Source: Candidatus Atelocyanobacterium thalassa isolate ALOHA
GTDB lineage: Bacteria > Cyanobacteriota > Cyanobacteriia > Cyanobacteriales > Microcystaceae
NCBI RefSeq assembly: GCF_000025125.1
Contig: NC_013771.1
Location: forward strand, 960,001 to 992,000
Direction: 5' to 3'
DNA length: 32,000 nt
Positions within the stretch are counted from its first letter, which is position 1. Each line of letters begins with the position of its first letter. Made by a program: the position numbers and the translations under genes. Positions 17,861 to 26,734 of this stretch are shown in pieces. Below the pieces are notes generated by a model that had not been told where the DNA came from, searched no databases, and saw nothing but the letters and a program-made list of their open reading frames with translations.

Positions 17861-20743
17861 TTATAAATTAGTTTCTTTTTTAAAAATGGAATTCAAGGCC
17901 TCGCTTAAAGTTTTTGCCATAACAACTTGATTTTCATAGACAACTATTACTCTAACTAAAGTTGGCAAACTATTTTTTTTAGCTTCTAAGTATAATGGTT
18001 CAACATAAAGTAGTGACTGCTCTTTGAAAAAAGGAATTACTAAAAGATTTCCTTGTATTACTTGTGATTTTTGTCTACTCCATAAAGAGATTTGTTGAGA
18101 AATAACTGGATCTTGACTGATCAATGCCTCTACTTGCTCTGGACCGTAGACAATTCTTTGCTTAGGTAGTCTAAATAAAAGCATTTCACCATAGTTATTT
18201 TCATCTGAACGGGCAAATAATCCAGCAACTAAATTATTACGACTAGTAGGAGTATAAACATTAAATAACATAAATTCTGGTGTATCGTTTGTCAGACTCA
18301 TTAGTAAGTAATAAGGTTCTACTGGTTGCTGATTTTCTCCATAAATTTCTTGAGGAATTCGCCACTGATCTTCTCGGTTATAAAAAACTTTAGGATCTGT
18401 CATATGATAAGTTAATAACCTTTCTGATTGAGCATTAAACATATCTTTTGGATAGCGTATATGGTCTTTTATAGAAATAGGGATTTCTTGAAATGGTTTA
18501 AAAAGATTCGGAAATATTCTATTCCATGTTTTAATTAGCGGATCATCTGGATCAATAACATAAAAGCTAATATCTCCATCATAAGCATCAATAACAATTT
18601 TTACTGAATTACGAATATAGTTAAAGGGAAAATCTCCTGGTTCAGAATAAGGATAACGATTACTAGTTGTATAAGCATCGATCATCCAATACAATTTTGC
18701 CTTTTCTAGTTTATTATTTTTTGCTTGTACTTCAGTTGTTACCAAATAAGGATCATTGTCAAAAAGAAGGAATGGGGCAATTTTTCTTATTCTTTGGTTA
18801 ATATTACGTCGGAATATCAGTCGAGTATCTGGAGTAAAATTATGAGTGAAGATCATTTGCCAATCTCTTAAATAATTAGCAAATAAAATCTTTCTAGCCC
18901 AATTTTTGATTTTAATTCCTCCCTTGCCATCATAGGTATTATAGACATTGTCTTGTCCACTAGGAAAATCTAATTCTTGGACCTCTGTATTAGTCATAAT
19001 ATATGTATTAGTTGATTCTCCAAAATAAATTCTAGGATTATCAATAGAAGTATTGTCTTCTGAGTTTTCAAAAGTTTTTTCATTTAATATTTTGTTGTTT
19101 GTATTGATATTTTGTACGGAATAAAATGGTAATCCGCCTTCATCTACTTTATTTACTGGCGACAAAGTAAATCCGTAGCCATGTGTATATACTAAATGTT
19201 CATTAACCCAAGTTTTTGCAGGTTTTGGAACTTCTTCATAATCCAATTCTCGAGCCGCAATTAAAACCTGTTCTTTTACGATTTTAGATAAATTATCATT
19301 TTCTTCTAATGATATTGAGTAACGATCAATATCTGCATCATTAAATTTATAATAAGGTCGGAGTTGTTGTAGCTGACGATTAGTTTGTAATAAAGGACGA
19401 GGATCCCATAAACGAATATTATTGATAGTGAGACGGTTTTCGTCTAAAAATTTCTCAGTTAAGTTTCCAGTTCCATCAAAAGTTTTAATTCTTATCTTAT
19501 CAAGATTAAAAGCACGTCGAGTTGAGGCGATATTGCGTTTAATATAAGGAATTTCTTGTGCTAATTCATTAGGTTCTACAATTAAACTTTGTATAACCTC
19601 TTGACCAAACCAGGTCATAGGCAAAATAGCTATATACAAAAATAATGGAGTGTAATAAAAAATACTTTTTGCATTACTTGTCATTCCTCGAAGTAATAAT
19701 AGTAAAGATAAAATAGTTGCTATTATTGCTGTTAGCGTATAAACAGGGATAAGAAAATAAACATCAGTATAGCTAGCTCCAAAAACAACTCCTTTAGTCG
19801 AGTATAGTAATTCATATCTAGCTAACCAATGATGAAATGCAATAACTAATACAAGTAAGCTACTTAAGGTAAATATATGACGCAATTGTTTCTGAGAAAA
19901 TCCTGGGAAAATACCATGTCCTATGCTATTTGCTGCCATAAGATAAGTTAGGACAACCGAAATCAAGCCAAATAAGAACAAACCACTTAACCAAAAATCA
20001 ATTAACTTCCAAAATGGGAAACTAAAAGTATAAAAACTAATATCTTTACCAAATTGAGGATCAGCTTCACCAAAAGGAACAGAATATAAATATTGTAAAA
20101 CTCTAGACCAATTACTAGATAATATAAGACCTAATGTAAAACCAAAAATCAAAGATGTTACTCTAAAAAAAAGTTTTACATTGTATAAAACTAAAATTAT
20201 AGTTAGTCCAATAATCCCAATTTTCCATAATTGGTTTAATTCTTGAAATATAAACTTAAAATTAAAATCTAGAAAAGATAAAGAAGGAAGAGTTGGTATC
20301 TCATTTTGTAAAGGGAAATTAAATATCCAAGAATTATAGGCAATTTGACAAAAATATGTAAGCATAAACCCTACAATTCCCCCTAACGCCATAACAATCA
20401 AAATTAGATGCAATAATCCTAGAGAAAAACAAGGAGGAGAAGAATCAAGTTGTATAAATTGAGATTTTTTTTTAGGATATATCTTGTGATTTTGAAAAGA
20501 GTCACTCCATTTATCATGTTCTGCTTGGTTTAAATTTTTAAATAAAAACCATATAGAAAAGCTGCTGATGAATATTAACAAATTTAGCTTCCAAAAAAGC
20601 TGTTTTAAAAAAACTTCTAGATAGCCTACTTCTTCAAACCAAAATTTTTCTACAATAATATAAGAAAATAATTCACAAAGACATCCAATGATTAGTATAG
20701 ATAAACCAGATTGAATAAAAAAACGTTTTGAAAGTTTTAACAT
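17861..20743 (-). CDS. UPF0182-family large integral membrane protein (COG1615-like)
   Basis: 960 aa. Multiple N-terminal TM helices (about the first 390 aa) precede a large soluble domain containing ..RNIASTRRAFNLD.., ..NNIRLWDPRPLLQTNRQLQQLRPYYKFNDADIDRY.. and ..EHLVYTHGYGFTLSPVN... This matches my recollection of UPF0182 proteins of actinobacteria and cyanobacteria. Confidence 0.72.
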   Translation of the reverse strand: MLKLSKRFFIQSGLSILIIGCLCELFSYIIVEKFWFEEVGYLEVFLKQLFWKLNLLIFISSFSIWFLFKNLNQAEHDKWSDSFQNHKIYPKKKSQFIQLDSSPPCFSLGLLHLILIVMALGGIVGFMLTYFCQIAYNSWIFNFPLQNEIPTLPSLSFLDFNFKFIFQELNQLWKIGIIGLTIILVLYNVKLFFRVTSLIFGFTLGLILSSNWSRVLQYLYSVPFGEADPQFGKDISFYTFSFPFWKLIDFWLSGLFLFGLISVVLTYLMAANSIGHGIFPGFSQKQLRHIFTLSSLLVLVIAFHHWLARYELLYSTKGVVFGASYTDVYFLIPVYTLTAIIATILSLLLLLRGMTSNAKSIFYYTPLFLYIAILPMTWFGQEVIQSLIVEPNELAQEIPYIKRNIASTRRAFNLDKIRIKTFDGTGNLTEKFLDENRLTINNIRLWDPRPLLQTNRQLQQLRPYYKFNDADIDRYSISLEENDNLSKIVKEQVLIAARELDYEEVPKPAKTWVNEHLVYTHGYGFTLSPVNKVDEGGLPFYSVQNINTNNKILNEKTFENSEDNTSIDNPRIYFGESTNTYIMTNTEVQELDFPSGQDNVYNTYDGKGGIKIKNWARKILFANYLRDWQMIFTHNFTPDTRLIFRRNINQRIRKIAPFLLFDNDPYLVTTEVQAKNNKLEKAKLYWMIDAYTTSNRYPYSEPGDFPFNYIRNSVKIVIDAYDGDISFYVIDPDDPLIKTWNRIFPNLFKPFQEIPISIKDHIRYPKDMFNAQSERLLTYHMTDPKVFYNREDQWRIPQEIYGENQQPVEPYYLLMSLTNDTPEFMLFNVYTPTSRNNLVAGLFARSDENNYGEMLLFRLPKQRIVYGPEQVEALISQDPVISQQISLWSRQKSQVIQGNLLVIPFFKEQSLLYVEPLYLEAKKNSLPTLVRVIVVYENQVVMAKTLSEALNSIFKKETNL

Positions 20744-21078
20744 TGTATAAAAATTAGAGTTTTAAATACAGGAATTACAAATCACGAAGGAAGTTAAGAT
20801 TAATTTTCTTATTTGTGTTTTAGTATATAGTGCCTATAAATAATATGTTAGTGCCTAATTATTTATATAAGAATGAGATACAGCTTACTAATATATCTAG
20901 TAGATTATAAGTTTTACAACTTATCTTGGTAAAGTTACTATAAAAACTGACTGATATTCAATGAAGGTAATACCTTAATATACAAACAGATAAATTTTTA
21001 AAGATTTAAATTATTGAAGTAATTTTTATTGATAATGAGCTATGTATAGCTGCATATTATAATTAATCGTACAAACAT

Positions 21079-21137
21079 AAAAAATATAAATCATACTTTA
21101 TAGAAAAATTTTCCATAAAATATGATTTATATTTTTT
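21079..21137 (-). terminator. 59-nt near-perfect palindrome / terminator-like hairpin downstream of rpoC1
   Basis: AAAAAATATAAATCATA (21079-21095) and TATGATTTATATTTTTT (21121-21137) form a perfect 17-bp stem. The 25-nt interior is itself palindromic apart from 2 mismatches. It lies 51 nt past the rpoC1 stop and has a T-run at its end in either orientation. Confidence 0.5.
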
Positions 21138-21187
21138 AAATAACTTTAAAATAATCTTTCTATGTAATAGAAATACAATACATAAGA

Positions 21188-23077
21188 TTAGTCTAAAAAA
21201 GCTAAAGCGTCCTGAATTGTTTTGTTATAAATTATTCGTCCTGCTGTAGTGCGAATAAATTGAGAAAGAATTTCTCCGTTTAGTTCTCTGACCTTACGTT
21301 CTCTGTAATATTTTATTATACTACCATCTTCAGAAGTTTCTGTTTTTATTACTTCTTTATCTGGTTTGTCTGTAATAACCTCTTCATAGGGATCTTCACA
21401 TCGAAGCCAAATATAAGCATGTAAATCAATATTACCTTGCTCATAAGCTTTAATAGCATCTTCAAAATTAGCGAAATATCTTCCTCCCCCTTTTTGGGCG
21501 TCAGGATTTTCTGCTGTAAGATAATAACATCCAAGAACCATATCTTGCGAAGGAGCAACAATGGGGGCTCCTGTAGCTGGTGATAGAATGTTATGACAAG
21601 CTAGCATTAGTAATCTTGCTTCTGCTTGAGATTCTAACGATAAAGGAACATGAACTGCCATTTGATCACCATCAAAATCAGCATTAAATGCTGGACAAAC
21701 CAAAGGATGTAACTGAATAGCTCTTCCTTCAACTAAAATTGGTTCAAATGCTTGAATTCCCAAGCGATGCAAAGTAGGAGCACGGTTAAGTAAAACAGGA
21801 TGTCCCGCAATTACTTCTTTTAGAACATTCCAGATACTAGAATCACCCTTAATGATAAGCTTTTTAGCAGCTTTAATATTATTTACTAAGCCTAAACGTA
21901 TTAGACGATGAATTACAAAAGGTTGAAATAATTCGATAGCCATTTCACGAGGTAATCCGCATTGGTAAATTTTTAATTTTGGACCTACTACAATTACAGA
22001 ACGACCAGAGTAATCAACCCTTTTTCCTAAAAGATTTTGACGAAAACGACCTTGCTTACCTTCAATAATATCAGATAATGATTTGAGAGGTCTATTATTC
22101 GCTCCTACCACTGTACGACCTCTTCTCCCGTTATCAATCAGAGCATCAACTGCTTCTTGCAGCATACGCTTTTCATTCCGAACAATAATTTCTGGAGCAA
22201 GAATTTCTTGAAGTCGAGCCAAACGGTTATTACGATTGATAACTCTTCGATATAAATCATTTAGATCAGATGTTGCAAAGCGTCCCCCATCTAACTGAAC
22301 CATGGGTCGAAGATCAGGAGGAATTACAGGAATTACTTCTAAAACCATCCATTCGGCGAGTGATCCAGTAGCAATGAAGTTATCTATTACTCGTAGACGC
22401 TTAATTAGTTTTGCTCTCTTTTGCCCTTTACTTTGAGTAATTTCTTCTCGTAACTTTTCTGCTATTTCTTCTAGATCCATTTCTTGAAGTAATCTATGAA
22501 TCGCTTCCGCTCCAATACCAACTTCTATTCCATATAGATCTGAGTCTTCAGCATAAATTTGATCTTCAATTTCAATCCATTGCTCTTCAGTTAATAGTTG
22601 TTTATATTGAAGATTGCTAGCATTGCCTGGGTCTAAAACTACGTAAGCATTAAAGTAAACAATTTGTTCTACGTCTTTTAAAGCCATATCAAGTAAGATA
22701 CTCATATAGCTAGGAATTCCTTTCAAATACCATACATGTGTAACAGGAGCCGCTAACTTTATAAAACCCATGCGATGTCTACGAACACGAGATTCTGTAA
22801 CTTCAACTCCACAACGTTCACAAACAATACCACGGTGACGAACTCTCTTATACTTGCCACACCAACATTCCCAGTCTTTTGAAGGACCAAAAATTCGTTC
22901 ACAAAATAGTCCGTCCATCTCTGGCTTCAAAGTTCTGTAATTGATGGTTTCAGGCTTCGTCACCTCTCCAACAGTAGTACCATTAGGAAGAGTTCTTTCC
23001 CCCCACTGACGGATACGTTCTGGAGAAGCTAATCCAATTTTGACATAGTCAAATCTTGTATCTTGTTCTGGTTTCAT
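21188..23077 (-). CDS. rpoC1: DNA-directed RNA polymerase subunit gamma (N-terminal half of beta-prime, cyanobacterial/plastid split)
   Basis: 629 aa. Zn-finger [35 protein letters not shown], catalytic [12 protein letters not shown], and an ending typical of gamma subunits. A full-length, stand-alone gamma subunit is diagnostic of cyanobacteria and plastids. Confidence 0.96.
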   Translation of the reverse strand: MKPEQDTRFDYVKIGLASPERIRQWGERTLPNGTTVGEVTKPETINYRTLKPEMDGLFCERIFGPSKDWECWCGKYKRVRHRGIVCERCGVEVTESRVRRHRMGFIKLAAPVTHVWYLKGIPSYMSILLDMALKDVEQIVYFNAYVVLDPGNASNLQYKQLLTEEQWIEIEDQIYAEDSDLYGIEVGIGAEAIHRLLQEMDLEEIAEKLREEITQSKGQKRAKLIKRLRVIDNFIATGSLAEWMVLEVIPVIPPDLRPMVQLDGGRFATSDLNDLYRRVINRNNRLARLQEILAPEIIVRNEKRMLQEAVDALIDNGRRGRTVVGANNRPLKSLSDIIEGKQGRFRQNLLGKRVDYSGRSVIVVGPKLKIYQCGLPREMAIELFQPFVIHRLIRLGLVNNIKAAKKLIIKGDSSIWNVLKEVIAGHPVLLNRAPTLHRLGIQAFEPILVEGRAIQLHPLVCPAFNADFDGDQMAVHVPLSLESQAEARLLMLACHNILSPATGAPIVAPSQDMVLGCYYLTAENPDAQKGGGRYFANFEDAIKAYEQGNIDLHAYIWLRCEDPYEEVITDKPDKEVIKTETSEDGSIIKYYRERKVRELNGEILSQFIRTTAGRIIYNKTIQDALAFLD

Positions 23078-23666
23078 GTTTGATAATTTTAAGAATATAA
23101 AATTTTTTCCTATCTCTACTAATTACTGCATAACTAATTTTGTAGAAGATTTAGTAACGTAATAGAGAGAAATTAATAGTAGTTAGAATAAACTTAAAAC
23201 TCTAGAGTAAAATAATGAACACTATTTTTTATACTTACACATAATGAATAATGACATTTTTAACATTTACTTTTAATTTATAATTAAAATTATTTTAGAA
23301 ATAGTTAATTCCTAAAATAGAAAGTTTAAATATTAATTGCAGTTTTTATTAAAAACCTCCGTTTCAGAATTTTAAGTTTACTCTTTAAGAATATCTACTA
23401 AAGATAATACATATTGAATGTAAAATAAAATCAGCCTTTTATCATACAATTTTTTAGCTTTTAGAGCAATATTTTAAGTAAGAATAAACAATTAATACTT
23501 CTAATATAAATGAAAATATAATCTATAGACTATATAAAAGTTAACAAGTTGGTTTTTAAACATTCAGCAAAATATTAAAAATAATTACCTTAGATTAGTT
23601 TACTCCAAAAAATTACTTAAAGAACTGAGTTAAAGTTAGTATTTCTATTATTTATTAGTATGAAAG

Positions 23667-24329
23667 TTATTTATTTTGATTTCTCACTATATTGATACCG
23701 TGAGAAGTACCTATACGAATTGCACCTAATTCGTATAAATCTGAGGCTTGTTTAAAAGTTTGAATTCCCCCAGAAGCTTTGATTCCAATTTTACCAGCGC
23801 AAATTTTATTTAAATATTCAATATCGATCTTTGTAATTCCTCCAAACCATCCAGTATTAGTTTCTATATATTTAGCTCCGGCATCTGTGCAAACTTCAAC
23901 GGCTAAATTCTTTTCTGTATTTGTTAATAAATTACTTTCTAAAACTACCTTGATTGTTTTTTTTGTTATTTCACATATCGATGATATTTCATCATAAATA
24001 AACTTTGAATTACCTGATTTTAATTCTCCAAGATTTATCATGACATTCAATTCCTTAGCACCATTATCAGACGCTTCTTGTGCTTCATAAAGTTTAACTG
24101 ATGAAGTAGTAGCACCTGCAGGAAATCCAATTACCGTACATACAGATATGTTGGTTCTATGGAGTAGCTGAACTGCTTGAGAGACTGAATTAGGGTATAC
24201 ACATACGCTGGGGAATTTAAAATATTGAGCTTCTTCACATAGTGTTTTAACATCTTCATCAGTATAATTAGGATTAAGCGATGAGTGCTCGATATAGTCA
24301 GCAATATTAATATTTAATTGAGATTCCAT
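23667..24329 (-). CDS. deoC: deoxyribose-phosphate aldolase (DeoC/DERA) family protein, with atypical residues at catalytic positions
   Basis: 220 aa, collinear with short-type DeoC: IEHSSLNP, SVCVYP, CTVIGFPAGATT, KVVLES, GIKASGGI and RIGTS. The Schiff-base Lys motif reads YIETNTGW and the Asp motif reads ELNVMIN (see findings). Confidence 0.8.
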   Translation of the reverse strand: MESQLNINIADYIEHSSLNPNYTDEDVKTLCEEAQYFKFPSVCVYPNSVSQAVQLLHRTNISVCTVIGFPAGATTSSVKLYEAQEASDNGAKELNVMINLGELKSGNSKFIYDEISSICEITKKTIKVVLESNLLTNTEKNLAVEVCTDAGAKYIETNTGWFGGITKIDIEYLNKICAGKIGIKASGGIQTFKQASDLYELGAIRIGTSHGINIVRNQNK

Positions 24330-24461
24330 TTAAGTATTTAAGTTGTAGTTTGAAAAAGTATTTATTTTATAATATGTAAATTTTACTGATAACCTTATTT
24401 AAAAAGTATTTGTGTAAATTTTCAGATTTTACAAAATTTATTATATTTTCAAAGGATAATA

Positions 24462-24626
24462 TTAGAAACGAATAAACTCAATTTTACTATCATTAAAAGT
24501 CATACTTAATGGAGCTGGCGTCAACAAATCAGATGTTATAAATGAACGTGCAATCATTATAAATAAAGAAATTATAAAAATAATAAGAATTAAGAGAGGA
24601 GCTATATATTCTCGGAAAAACTGCAT
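24462..24626 (-). CDS. possible small membrane protein (54 aa), below the ORF-track length cut-off
   Basis: ATG at 24626 to TAA at 24464-24462, hand-translated as MQFFREYIAPLLILIIFIISLFIMIARSFITSDLLTPAPLSMTFNDSKIEFIRF. It has one clear TM helix and lies on the same strand as the flanking genes. There is no homology evidence, and it could be a chance ORF in AT-rich spacer. Confidence 0.25.
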   Translation of the reverse strand: MQFFREYIAPLLILIIFIISLFIMIARSFITSDLLTPAPLSMTFNDSKIEFIRF

Positions 24627-24803
24627 AAAAATCTAATTGCTAGTACGTTAGCTAATTATATCAAATTTTTTTATATGTTTGTTTAATTGATTTAGATAAA
24701 TATAGTGATTGGTATTAACAATAAATATAGTTAAAATTATAAAAAGATAATAAGAAATAAGATTTTGAAAACTTTATTTTTTTGTTGAAACTACTAATAA
24801 AGG

Positions 24804-26123
24804 TCAAGTTGTTATGCAATCTGAATCTTTTAAAGATAGCCATATTATAAATTGTGTTCCTTGATTATTTTTAAAATCAATTGGACTCGACAATTCAACA
24901 ATTCCGTTCATTTTATTAACTAATTCTTTGACAATTGATAAACCTAGGCCATTACCTAGTGTACTGTCTTGTGTTTTTGCTCCTCTATAATGCCTCTCAA
25001 AAACATATGGTTGATCTTCAATAGGAATACCTATACCTGCATCTTGAATGCAAATTCCTTGATATTGTTTATTATTGATTATTTTAAATATTCCTAATTT
25101 AATATTCACTTTTCCAGATGAAGGTGTATATTTAATACTATTGTCAATTAAATTACTAACTACTTCCCTCAAACCGAAAACATTTGCCAAAACTGGTTGT
25201 AAATATTGTGGGGATTCTATTTGCAGAATTATGCTTTTATTCTGTGCAATGGGTTTCATCGAAATCAAGATATCTTCTAAAACCTCTGATGTATATATTT
25301 CATGTAAATCTAAAGATTGTGATGGAAGTAGAGAAGATAACGAATTTCTGGAAATAGCCATGGGGCTAGCATTTAAAGGAATAATATCTAAACTGGTATT
25401 TATTGAAATTTGATTGGTCTCGAATTCTTGAATTAAATCTTCTAAATGCTCTCCTTCTCTTACTATATTTTTAACTACGGCAAAACTTTGTTCATCAGAT
25501 ACCAGACGTTTAAGTAATAATTTACCAAAAATTTTTAAGGCTGTTAATGGATTTCTTAACTGATGAAATAAATTCTCAAGTCGATCATATTCTTGTTTAT
25601 GTAATAGCTTTTGTTGATGTAATTGTTTTTTAGAGAATGCTTGACGTTTATCTAATGAACGTGCGATGGCTAAAGTATTTGCTATCTTTTTGATTTGAGC
25701 TAATTCATCCTGTTTCCAAGGGTAATTAAATCTTCTTGTTACTAAAACTCCTAAAACCATTCCTTCATATACTAAAGGAAATCCTACTTGATAAGGTTCT
25801 GATGCAAAAAGGTTACTACTACTATTATTTATATTAGATAAATCTTCGGAAATAGATGACAAATCTCCTCTGAAAATTGGTATGGTAGCAATTTCTTTTT
25901 CTTCAATACAGTCAATATGATTAGCAAAAGTATTTTTAGTTGTCCCATCGGCTGGATAAACAACTATTGGTATAAGATCTATCTGTTGATTATCTTTTTC
26001 TGAAGTCAAATATACAGCACTCCACTCCGCTTGTAGAATTTTAGCTAAAAGGGTGATTTGTGATTGACATAAAGAAATAAAATCTGAACTCGGGTAAGAA
26101 ATTTTTGCTGTAGCAGAGAACAT
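24804..26123 (-). CDS. GAF-domain sensor histidine kinase, soluble, Hik2-like architecture
   Basis: 439 aa with no TM segments. N-terminal GAF-like region, H-box LFHQLRNPLTALKIFGKLLLKR, N-box LIDNSIKYT, G1 IQDAGIGI and G2 GNGLGLSIVKELV. Size and domain order match the cyanobacterial Hik2/CSK lineage as I recall it. Orthology is not verified. Confidence 0.8.
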   Translation of the reverse strand: MFSATAKISYPSSDFISLCQSQITLLAKILQAEWSAVYLTSEKDNQQIDLIPIVVYPADGTTKNTFANHIDCIEEKEIATIPIFRGDLSSISEDLSNINNSSSNLFASEPYQVGFPLVYEGMVLGVLVTRRFNYPWKQDELAQIKKIANTLAIARSLDKRQAFSKKQLHQQKLLHKQEYDRLENLFHQLRNPLTALKIFGKLLLKRLVSDEQSFAVVKNIVREGEHLEDLIQEFETNQISINTSLDIIPLNASPMAISRNSLSSLLPSQSLDLHEIYTSEVLEDILISMKPIAQNKSIILQIESPQYLQPVLANVFGLREVVSNLIDNSIKYTPSSGKVNIKLGIFKIINNKQYQGICIQDAGIGIPIEDQPYVFERHYRGAKTQDSTLGNGLGLSIVKELVNKMNGIVELSSPIDFKNNQGTQFIIWLSLKDSDCITT

Positions 26124-26299
26124 ATTTTATTAAGTTTTATCAAGAAGTAAAAGTTTGTAGCCTAAAAATTAAATGAATTTGTTTTTAATCAAAAAAACAT
26201 TGTTATAGTAATAATCATAATTTGAATTGCAAGAATTTACAATTTAAGTAATAAATGCTTGATTTTTTAAAATTAAACAGACATGGTTGGTTCGATTTT

Positions 26300-26315
26300 T
26301 GTAGCTATAACTACA
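26300..26315. promoter_or_regulatory. NtcA-consensus palindrome TGTA-N8-TACA in a divergent intergenic region
   Basis: TGTAGCTATAACTACA at 26300-26315. On the minus strand it is followed after 22 nt by TTTAAT (26277-26272), a -10-like hexamer. This is the canonical spacing of NtcA-activated promoters and points toward the Hik2-like kinase gene. A single site like this is expected by chance about once in an AT-rich window of this size. Confidence 0.25.
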
Positions 26316-26346
26316 GTCTATGTAGACTAAATAGGAGGTAAGAAGG

Positions 26347-26667
26347 TTGGCAAGAAAGCGCAAACGTAAGAGTCGCCGTCGCCAAGAGGGGCGAAAAATT
26401 CTTGAACTTGTTCCTCAATACAATATTGAGAGCGGTGAAGATAAACCAGTAACTGCTGCTAGAAAATATATTCATGGAATAGGAATACAAGCACCAGCTT
26501 TATTGGTTGTTAGGCGTAACGAACATACTACTGATAGATATTTTTGGGCTGAAAAAGGTTTATTCGGCGCTCAGTATGTTGAAGAAAATCATTTTTTATT
26601 TCCTAGTTTAAAAGAATTTCAGCCACAAGTTCAAAAAATGTCTATGAAAACTTCTATCATGGGTTGA
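26347..26667 (+). CDS. small conserved-looking hypothetical protein with a highly basic N-terminus
   Basis: 106 aa. TTG start 8 nt after a strong AGGAGG (26333-26338). N-terminus MARKRKRKSRRRQEGRK. The sequence is locally GC-richer than its surroundings. I cannot name the family with confidence; it may be a cyanobacterial DUF. Confidence 0.6.
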   Translation: MARKRKRKSRRRQEGRKILELVPQYNIESGEDKPVTAARKYIHGIGIQAPALLVVRRNEHTTDRYFWAEKGLFGAQYVEENHFLFPSLKEFQPQVQKMSMKTSIMG

Positions 26668-26734
26668 ATACTCAATAAAACTAGTATGAATAATATTTTT
26701 GATATATGGAAAAACGTATATATTGATTGTTTAG

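Noticed and set aside
21349-21561. 70-aa alternative-frame ORF within rpoC1
   Set aside because: It is nested in a highly conserved gene, and AT-rich sequence generates such frames by chance.
23779-23997. 72-aa ORF antisense to deoC
   Set aside because: It is a shadow ORF opposite a recognisable DeoC-family gene.
24636-24649. 14-mer ATTGCTAGTACGTT shared with 27776-27789, with a partly similar AAAAAT flank, raising the idea of a repeat element or paralogous small membrane genes
   Set aside because: One copy is intergenic and the other is inside a coding frame (RYQRTSND). The flanks diverge immediately. A few 14-mer coincidences are expected among roughly 10^9 position pairs in 32 kb.
25075-25413. 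112-aa ORF antisense to the Hik2-like kinase
   Set aside because: It lies opposite the HATPase/HisKA-coding region, has no motifs, and is a shadow ORF.
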